A stretch of 58,774 nt of DNA, counting the filler, from Bipalium vagum (taxonomy: Eukaryota): the NCBI GenBank assembly GCA_037834085.1. It is 2 parts of 2 records of this genome, joined end to end, with 100 filler letters (N's around TTAATTAATTAA, not from the genome) between each part and the next. Parts side by side here need not be neighbours in the genome. Positions count along the whole stretch, not along the records: positions 29,485 to 58,774 come from JBBMKC010029991.1; 1 more part is not named here. One strand, 5' to 3'. Positions within the stretch are counted from its first letter, which is position 1. Each line of letters starts with the position of its first letter. Shown here in pieces: positions 49,833-58,774 of the stretch. A program made the position numbers and the translations under genes. Under the pieces are notes generated by a model, which worked only from the letters and a program-made list of their open reading frames with translations, searched no databases and was not told the DNA's origin.

Positions 49833-52819
49833 AGTCTTAATCTCTCTTGTCGATCAAGCACATTTATCAGTGATCCGAATTATATATTATAATATAATAT
49901 AATATAGAATTTTACAGTTTACTATTTTAAAATAATTATGTTTAAAATATTAGATAAATTTATAAATTTATATATAAATATAAATAAATAAATAAATAAA
50001 TATTTATTTATTTATCATCAGTATTATTAAATATATATTTTAATTTCCTAAAATATTCTTTTCTATGATTTGAAATAATGAAATAGTTTTAAATATTTAA
50101 ATAAAAATATTTTTTAACAGTTTTAATACCAAGGGAATTAAATAATGTCAACTGTGCTATTTAATTATTTATTAAAATATTTCATTGAAGACTCACTCTG
50201 ATTTATAATTTTGAACATTTTGACATTATAAGGAAAAAAAATGAGCATCGCTTTTTTCTTTGGAAAACTAATCTCGATAATACTCATTTATAATAATTTC
50301 AGAAAATTATGTAAAAGGTAGAAAGCTTTTCGCTGTAACAAAATAATTTAAAAATTAATATTAAATATAAGACTTTTAAGACATTATAGTAGGTTTTATA
50401 TCTTGATTTTATATTTTGCCCAAGTAATCGCAGTAAGTATACTATATAATCAAGAACTATACCAGATCTACCTCTTGATTCATTTTAAAGGCTTGGTTTA
50501 CCAGATCTGACTTTTTTGAACCTGCGTTGAATCATCCGAATAGAAACTGCATCAGCTCCATAAACCTTTTAAAGATTCGTACTTTCTTATTAAGTAATAT
50601 TTGTAAAAATTAAATATAAATTTTATATTAAATTATTATTAGCATTATCAATGTTTTGGATATTATTATTTTATTTTTTTACAGTAAAGTTAAATTTAAT
50701 TATTATCTTATAAATTTAGTTAATATAACTCAAATTTGAAATTTACATAAATATTAAGAAAAAAATGATATTTTATTTTCTATTTGAACAAAAGTCACTC
50801 AACTGTGACAAAGATAAATATTAATCAACTCAAGTTTTATGTTAAATGTTTAGTTCGTAGTAGTTGACGGTAATGACTGGAACTGCATTTTCTATCTTTC
50901 TTCAGCATCCTTGTAGAACCTTTCCTCAGAGATGATGCAAGTCTTCACAGATTTTATCAAGTTTATTGTTTTGGCATATTGTACATTAAGTATGTTAACT
51001 TTAGAAAAAACAGTTTTGGATATTAATAAAATGGTCATTAAAAATCTTAAACAATAATGTTGCTATTAAACGTAACAAGTAACTTTCGATCGTAAATCAA
51101 TAACTCCTCACTACACAATGTTGTGTTCGTTTTACTGTTGCAGCTGCACAAATCAAAATTCAATTTGAATCAAAACCAATCACAATAAAACTTTATTAAA
51201 TCTTTCGACATAAATCTGAAACAATCTTCACCTGATAATAAAATCTAAAATCCATTCAATGTCTGAATATCAAAATCAATTCGAAAACAATCATTAAGTT
51301 AAATACAAATGCATATGAAACTAAGATAATTTATGATAAATGTTATAAATAATAATTTAAAAGAAATCACGAAAAGAAAAATAGAGATTAAAAGGTAATT
51401 TATGATAACCTCACCAGAAGCGACAGGGGTCCAAGGTCCTTTTTAGGTCACCTAGGGATTCCTAAACTCACTGTGTCCCCTTAGCAAATCCTTTTGTATG
51501 TCGATCAGCATGGATAAAAAAAATTACTGGTAATTGCGGCAATGATTCGGTAAGAAATCTTTAACAAGTGACCTCGGGAATCTGCAATTTATCTTCGTAA
51601 ATCAGCACGAATAACTTCGGGAATATGACTTCTTTTCCTAAACTGAAAATATTTGTCTTCACTGAAAATTCTTGTCCTTCACTGAAAAATATTAAATTTT
51701 AAATTTAAAAATGAATTTTTTTTATTATATATTTTCAAATATTTTATACCCAATCTTAAACTTAATAATAATAATTAAACTTAACAGAAATTTTTTTCAT
51801 TAAAAAAAATGAAATTTAATTTAATTGCTGAAAAATTTAATTCCTTTATAAATTATTTTTTTATTTATTTTTTGATTATAACAATCACAGTAGAAGATTG
51901 ATTATGGATAGAAGGTAAATCTGGTTTATTATTTCGAAACAATTATCAATTATCTGTGTAAAATTATAACAAGTAATATTTACTATTTACGATGTATTTA
52001 ATTCTTGATCAATGAACATTTTCATTTTGTGTTGTTGTTTATCTGAAGTACCGTTAAAGTAATATCGATTTATGTAACAATTAAAAAACAGTTTTCCTGC
52101 TTCATAAAACGTAGTTTTTTAATGAAATTAAATTTCTCATTTTAAAAGGAAAAATATTATTTTTACACTTTTCATATTTGAGATAAAATGGGATTTTTTG
52201 TTATTAAATCCAGAATAAATTTAATTTATCCAGTATAATAAAACTTTTATTTTCATTTGAAATGTTAAAATTTCCATTTTCATTATTTATTTAATGTTTT
52301 CAACATTTCACTTGTGACCTCTGTATAATAAATTGAAAACCTATATAAATAGAATCAATTGTTTAGGATTTTAAATCAATTCCATCAAAAAATGAGTTAC
52401 TTTTTTCATTATATTAGTATTATTTTGGAAAAAATAAAATGAATTAATAAACATTTTTTTATTTTTGAAATTCTAAATTAATAAAAATTGTTTTACGATA
52501 CATTTATAGAACATTATTATATTCATTATCAATATTTCCCAGACTTTAATTTGGTTATAAACAATTTCATTATTAAAACAAAATTTTTATTTTTTATTGA
52601 TGATGTAGATTCTACATTAAACTTAAAAATAAAAATATTAACAGAAATTATTATTTCAATTATTTTATTATTTTTTATTGTTAACATTAAGCTGTACATT
52701 AACAAAATTATTTCTCAATTCTTAAGTAAACTAAAAATCGATAGAAGAGTGGATTATAAAAAATGATAAATCCTTTACACCTTAAATCTTAAAATTGTCA
52801 TAATATTACAAATCTTGAA

Positions 52820-53198
52820 AAATTGGTGGTTGAAGATCCTTGCCAAACCCAAAATGATTTTGCTAAATCATTAACTGCTTCTCAATCTTCAATTAGCCGA
52901 CGTCTGAAAGCCATAGGAAAGATATAAAAAGTAGGAATATGGGTACCACACGAACTCAAGATGAAAGAAATGGAAAGACGTAAAGCTACAAATGAAATTT
53001 TGCTTACTCGACGAAAATGGAAAAGTTTCCTGCACCTATTGATTACGGGCTTCCTGAAAAATGGGAGAAAGTTATTATTAACGATGGAAAATATTTTGAA
53101 TAAATTATCCTTTCGTTTTATGTCTACTTATTATTTACATTCCTTGTTAAATAAAGAAATAATATTGTAAAAAAGGCCACTTTCAATGTATAAACTTA
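52820..53198 (+). mobile_element. mariner (Mos1/mauritiana-like), catalytic core deleted
   Basis: WVPHELKMKEMERRKATNEILLTRRKWKSFLHLLITG joined directly to LPEKWEKVIINDGKYFE* in another frame. Confidence 0.85.
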
Positions 53199-53299
53199 AA
53201 AAATTCTTCAAGAGATTTGATTGAAGATTTATAAAAATTGCTAAACTATTGAATAAAATTGGATAGGTTAAACATTTTTTTTCAAAAATTTCGAAGACA

Positions 53300-54440
53300 A
53301 TTTGTTAACTTGCGAAATTGCGAAAGAGAAGTTTTTAAAGAAAGATTAAGTTTAATGCGTTTATGAAGCTGAATTTGAAAAAGAGATTGAGTTAACGAAA
53401 TTGGTAAATGTAGAAGAAACAAAACCCATCAAATTAATGGATGGCATCCGACAGAAGAAACAGTCAGATAAAATTAATATAATAAAGAGCTACAGAGTCA
53501 CTGTTAGAAGTCTTCTCAGTCAAAGACAACAGAGTAAAGATTTTGGACATAAATCACCTTTTGCGGGATATACGAGACCTAGAATAAATTTTTTTCCTTA
53601 TGAAATAGACTGGATAGGATTGTTTAACAAAAAGAAAAGTTGAATGTTAACATGAAAATATTGAAAAATATCAGCTGAGATTTTCCAGAGAGGACAAATC
53701 CCACGTGTTTGCAATTGGAAGGAATTGTATAAATGTAAAAGAAGCGATCACCAAGATTTAGATTGATAGAGAAATTAAGAAGTACAGATCAGAGAAGAAA
53801 CAGGAATTTTTATGAAAGTAATCAATAAAAAAATGAAAATAGGATGAATATAGAAAATATTGATGTTATCGGAGGGAGACGATATAGTGAATGAGAATGC
53901 TCAGTACATATAAAAGACAGATGAGCTTGTGAACCATACACTAGAGTTCAGAAACTATTATACTTAAAGGATCGAGGTAGATGAGGAAGAAAGGCGAACT
54001 GCAGAGAAGTTGTATAATTTTTTAAGGAAAGAAATTTTAAAGTAGAGGAGGATCAAGTGAATGCGATTACAGGAAGTGAAGAAATGATTATATCATACGA
54101 CAAAATGTAAGAAGACCAGATGTTAAATTAAATGTGCACCGGTTGGAATTTGATATCCTACTGAACACAAAGGCTGAAAAGGTTGCTTTTAGAATTCAGC
54201 AATATGGTAACAGATTGATGTTGATATATCGATAAAGAGAATCAAAGTCATCTTAAAATCTTTGAATACCAAATTCTATTATGTGACGATACAAACTCAA
54301 ATAATTTGTGTAAAAACCATTTCTTGGTAAACAATTTTCTGCTATTTAAATGTGATGGCCAAAATTTTAAAGGAAGACAAGAAGACACATCAATTGAACA
54401 AAAGATAGATGGGAAATTGAAAGATCAATCATATCATAAT
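53300..54440 (+). mobile_element. Decayed purine-rich relic, possibly LTR-retrotransposon gag-protease
   Basis: A/G-biased coding-like composition similar to the Gypsy relic; ILLNTKA may be a degenerate LLDTGA. Confidence 0.3.
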
Positions 54441-54699
54441 CAATGATACAAAACAAACTCACTTTTTTGTTGAATTGTAACAAAATATAAAAACTAAGTT
54501 TATTTGAGGATCTTTAAGGAAAGAAAGTAAATAAAAATAACTGCATCAAGAACTCAATTGAGAGAAAAACCATTGAGTTGATCTTGATAAGACTTAGACG
54601 GTAGCGACTTTGCTGTTGAGACTGCTTCCGTTATGTTTACTTCTGACAAGAGATTTATTTCTATAGTTGCAGGTGAAAAGTGGCACAATTTGTTTTAAA

Positions 54700-55334
54700 A
54701 AATTAGTATGTCGTTTTAATGCGCTTTTTTTTCTTTAGATTTGATAATGTTCCCAATGATATTGATGTTAGCTCTGATATTAATCTCATTGTGGTTCTTT
54801 TTCGTTGCGGAATAGCTAGAATTTTGTGTTTTAGTGTTTCTCGGCATAATTTCTTGAGACCAGAATTGCTCTTAATTTTTGAGCGAACATCGGCTACATT
54901 CTTACCTTGATCGACACATTCTTTAGCTCTGAACCAGATACGAGAAATATTTTTATTGCATCTGTTAAATTCTTCAGCAACTGCCCTAATATTACCTTTG
55001 GAGAGTTTATTGTTTTTCGATTGTCTAAAGAGAGATTGTAGGATACCATTTCTTTGATCGAGACAGGTTTTTCTTTCGTTGACATGACTCCATCTTTTCA
55101 AAGTTTCAAATTTTAAAATAATTGATAAATCAATAATAAAAACAAATATTTAAAATTTTTCAAAATGTGAAATTTTTGGACCATATTATGCAAAGAAAAC
55201 GTGACTTAAGAGCATATAAATTAATGTACAGCTTGCTATGATCATAATAAATAAAAAAAGACAAGTTAATAATTAATGTTCTTATGTTTAACAAAAGCAT
55301 CAAAACGGACAATCATTTCTGAACAGAGAGGTGG
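54700..55334 (-). mobile_element. Plant-type (DD39D, Soymar/Osmar-like) mariner 5' fragment
   Basis: 132-aa ORF with KL..G....VA..F......SRIW.RA...DV.S..K...G.K...IP...RTT; end reads TA|CCACCTCTCTGTTC, similar to the CTCCCTCCGT Stowaway/DD39D terminus. Catalytic domain absent. Confidence 0.7.
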
Positions 55335-55449
55335 TATTTCATAGAAATTATTATCAAGGTCATGTTATTATATTTTTCGTAGTTTGTCTAATTTTTTTTT
55401 CAACTATACATTTATTTCTACTCACTTACATTATTTATCAAATATTTAG

Positions 55450-56013
55450 GACTGCCCAGTGAAATTCTGTATTCAGTAGGGAATGCATATCCTTGGATTT
55501 CAGGAAATTTCTATTGTCACCTACGAGCCATGGTTTTGGAGATGTCGTCAGTTGTGAGTGTCTTGACAATAACAGCTTTTACAATCGAAAGGTATATTGC
55601 GATTTGCCATCCTCTGAAACAATACATCATTTCTACAATTCAAAGAAGTTCTATTTCTGTTATCTGCATTTGGATAATCGCTTCAATATCCTCTGTACCG
55701 TATGGTATATTGTGCAAATTAAATTATACAATTAACTTTCCAAACATTACATCGAATTATTCTGAGTGTCTCAATTCTCTAATAAATGAAGAAAATAGAC
55801 CCATTGAAGAATCAAATCTTTGTATTGGACCACGAAATGATAATTTCTATAATTTCATTATCAAAGCGTCCACCTTTCTTTTCTTTTTCATCCCTTTCGT
55901 CTTATTGATGATATTTTATTCTCACATAGCTCTAACATTGTGGAAGAGGAAAACGACAGCCTCTTATTCAACAAATCAACCCTCAGCCAGAAATGGAGTC
56001 ATTCGAATGTTAA
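55450..56013 (+). CDS. PRXamide GPCR, coding exon 2 (end of TM2 to start of TM6)
   Basis: Acceptor atttag|GA completes Gly: GLPSE...YPW...C...SVLTITAFTIERYIAICHPL...FFFIP...VIRML; donor A|gtacta, phase 1. Confidence 0.92.
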
Positions 56014-56529
56014 GTACTACATATTGATCAAAATTTTATGGAATTTATATTTTAAAGTATTTATAAAGGATTTTTTTGGAGAAGAGTTTTTTTTCACTTT
56101 TTACAACATTAAATACAATAATATTAATGAATTAAACACTCATCCGAATTAAAAGTCCTTTTTCGAAAAAAATTGATTGTAATTTTGATAGCCTTTTTCT
56201 TCTTCCCTTGTATCCTACACAAGTCTCCTTAAATTTAAACATTCTTGTTAATATCATTTATGGAAAAGATATATGAGGGGCTCTATATTTTAACGTAACC
56301 TCACTGTTTATTACTAAAATTTTAATAGACGATCCTATATAGTTAAGCATTAGAACTGGGTGTATATTGATAGAAATACATTGTCAAAATATTGTTTTCC
56401 ACAGTAAGACTGAGACACATCTACAAACTTTTTGAATCCTTCATAGTTGATTGAGTCGGCGGGATATTGGCTGCCGTAAAATATCAAGTTGGATAGGGAG
56501 GTCTGCTTGTGTCTTACATGGATTTTCAT

Positions 56530-56730
56530 CAACAAATTCTCAAGGTATTCTGTGATTTTTTTGAAGATCCAAATTTCCGTTTTTGAAGCAGTTGAACTAT
56601 TTTTTGATGTTTTATTCTCACTGTGCCTTCATCTGAAACCGAGATAACCATAACAGCCTCAAATGCTGTTTTCTTTAATTGGAAATAATTAACAATACCT
56701 AAACCTTGATTTTTTCTGGATGCCATTTGA
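56530..56730 (-). mobile_element. mariner N-terminal relic
   Basis: FQLKKTAFEA...EGTV, a degenerate first HTH. Confidence 0.45.
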
Positions 56731-57394
56731 ATTTTCGCTATTTTTTTGAAATACTAAAACAAAAATAAATTTTTATATGTATGTAAATATATTAATTAGC
56801 GATTATCTTAAATTTAAAATTTACTTATTTAAGAAAAAATTTCGATTATATTGTGACTTTCGAGCCATTTACTAAATAGGCATCTTTTCGATTTGTAGAC
56901 TTAACATATGTTGCTTATTCTAAGATCAATTTTTCACTGTCATTATTTTAATCATCCTTAGATGTATTTACTCTTGCAATATTTCACTTAGATATTGACA
57001 AAATTTCTTCTCTACTTTGTAGTCCTAAAAAAGTCCATTTATGTTTTTAAAAAAACTTTTATAAAGACTATATTACATGCTATTTTGCTTACCAAACAGT
57101 TTTAAAGGTCTTTTCATGGGCGGTATTGAAATCATTTAATTGTTTGTTTTCATTTGGTTTTTAAAACGTTTCCGTTTAATCAATTATTATTTTCCTTTTC
57201 ATATCGTCTAAGCTACCATTTTAATTTCTTTGAAGAATTTTAAGTCAACAACCTTAATTTTTTATATTTTTTATTTACAATATTATTTGAAGTATGTCAC
57301 GACATCTTTTGATCAAGTGACGAAATAGACATGAAAAATATATTAAAAATCTGAAATTTATAAATAATAATCGTTTGATTTAATTCGAAAACTT

Positions 57395-57395
<1 letters not shown>

Positions 57396-57455
<60 letters not shown>
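57396..57455. repeat. (AAT)n microsatellite
   Basis: About 19-20 units just upstream of the exon 3 acceptor. Confidence 0.92.
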
Positions 57456-57460
<5 letters not shown>

Positions 57461-57477
57461 TTATTTTTTCAATTTAG

Positions 57478-57591
57478 TTTTTGTGGTCATAGCATTTTTT
57501 ATTTCTTGGGCTCCTTTTCACACTCAAAGAATTCTAGCGACATTCAGACAATCTATTGAAGCCATCGATGTTGTGATCTACTACTTATCAG
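57478..57591 (+). CDS. PRXamide GPCR, coding exon 3 (TM6 to start of TM7)
   Basis: Acceptor atttag|TT; IFVVIAFFISWAPFHTQR...YYLSG; donor CAG|gtatat. The NPxxY exon was not found in the window. Confidence 0.9.
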
Positions 57592-58774
57592 GTATATTTT
57601 TATATAAAATATGTAAACATTTATTAAAATGGTTTTTTATTTCTATTTTAAGAGTTCATATTATAAAGATTTTAAATAATAATTTTTGTAAAAAAAGAAC
57701 AAAATGAACAAACTTAAATCACGTTTGGTAAATATGTACGAATTATTCCCGTTTCCTGAAAGAATAGTTATTAGTGCTGAAAATTCATTTTTCTAGATCA
57801 ATTGCAAGATATTCTCTCAATGTCTCGATTAAATATTAATCCAGGAAATAAACAGTAAAGGGTCTATTTTATTTTAAGACAACGCCAGACCTCTCATATC
57901 ATTAAAGCTATTCTTCAACTTAGAGAAACAAATAATGAAATTCTTCTGCGTCCTCCATCTCTAAGTTCATTGAATTTGATGAAATTCTCTTTGGTTAATA
58001 TAAGAATTTTCAGGTTCAATTTTATTTTATTTTAATGAATTTAGTATACCACAATCTAATAATAAACTGAAGGTTGTCCCACATGAAATGACAGATTTTA
58101 GTTTTATTACTTCAATGACTTGTTAATCAAGTAATTTTTATGATAATAATTATTGTAATATATCAAACTGAATCGCAAATTTTGCAAAGGTTTTCTCCTC
58201 ATATATCTAGTCTGTTATTCTTTCAAGAATATTAAAAAAAAATATTTCTAAGATCATAGCCGATAACTCATTAAAAATGGCTTATTACGCCTTATTTTCC
58301 TAAGGCCAGGTATATACACCAGGTATTTTAGGGTTTTTCTCATTAAAATAATTATTCTTGACCATCATTCTTGATTTTATTATTAATTGTTTAATTAATT
58401 CTATAATGATAATATATATATGATGCGCCAATTAAATCCGGAAGAAAATATTTGCAATAAATCTTAAATACTAATTTTGGAACTGAGTTTATACGTTATT
58501 TATATAAAAGATTTATTGATTAACTTAAAATTATTAATCAATTGTTAGATATAAATAGTGAGTTCGAAAGCAAGGCTGGTGTAATAGAAAATAGAAATTG
58601 AGATAGAAATTGGTAATTTTTTGAACCTTTTAGAATCGACAGTGTATGACATTAGATATTTTAATAAAAATGATTTCAGCAACTACCTTTGGAAAATTCA
58701 CAATCGATCTATGTTAAGAAAATGGAATTAATATTATTTATAATAATATTATAAATAATAATATTACTATTATT

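Noticed and set aside
52488-52766. I/F/N/K-rich ORFs (also 4330, 13093, 36985, 17174)
   Set aside because: Compositional artefacts of very AT-rich sequence.
1-58774. CRISPR arrays, rRNA, tRNA or prokaryotic operons
   Set aside because: No repeat-spacer structure or RNA-gene signature seen; the architecture is eukaryotic.

Overview
Very AT-rich animal (bilaterian invertebrate-like) genomic DNA with spliceosomal introns and one artificial scaffold gap (29385-29484). Host genes I can support: (1) one minus-strand exon of a discoidin-domain (DDR-like) gene at 2515-2620, absent from the ORF track; (2) an uninterrupted NTAN1 ORF; (3) an uninterrupted, divergent non-RD protein kinase; (4) an orphan ~390-aa protein with two tandem copies of an atypical C-x8-C-x21/22-H-x3-H module; (5) a PRXamide (pyrokinin/CAPA/neuromedin-U-type) class A GPCR rebuilt from three exons (32674-32917, 55450-56013, 57478-57591), with a 22,532-bp first coding intron and its last exon(s) not found in the window. 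Much of the remainder is decayed mobile DNA: mariner (DD34D), Tc1 (DD34E, one with IR/DR-type ends), rosa (DD41D), a plant-type DD39D-like mariner, a pogo-like end, a Ty3/Gypsy pol relic with a nested insert, a Maverick/Polinton DNA polymerase B relic and two non-LTR relics. The best novelty candidates are the double zinc-module orphan lying head-to-head with (possibly nested in) the GPCR gene, the plant-type mariner, the Maverick relic and a possible JAB/MPN relic. All family calls come from manual motif recognition; no database searches were run.
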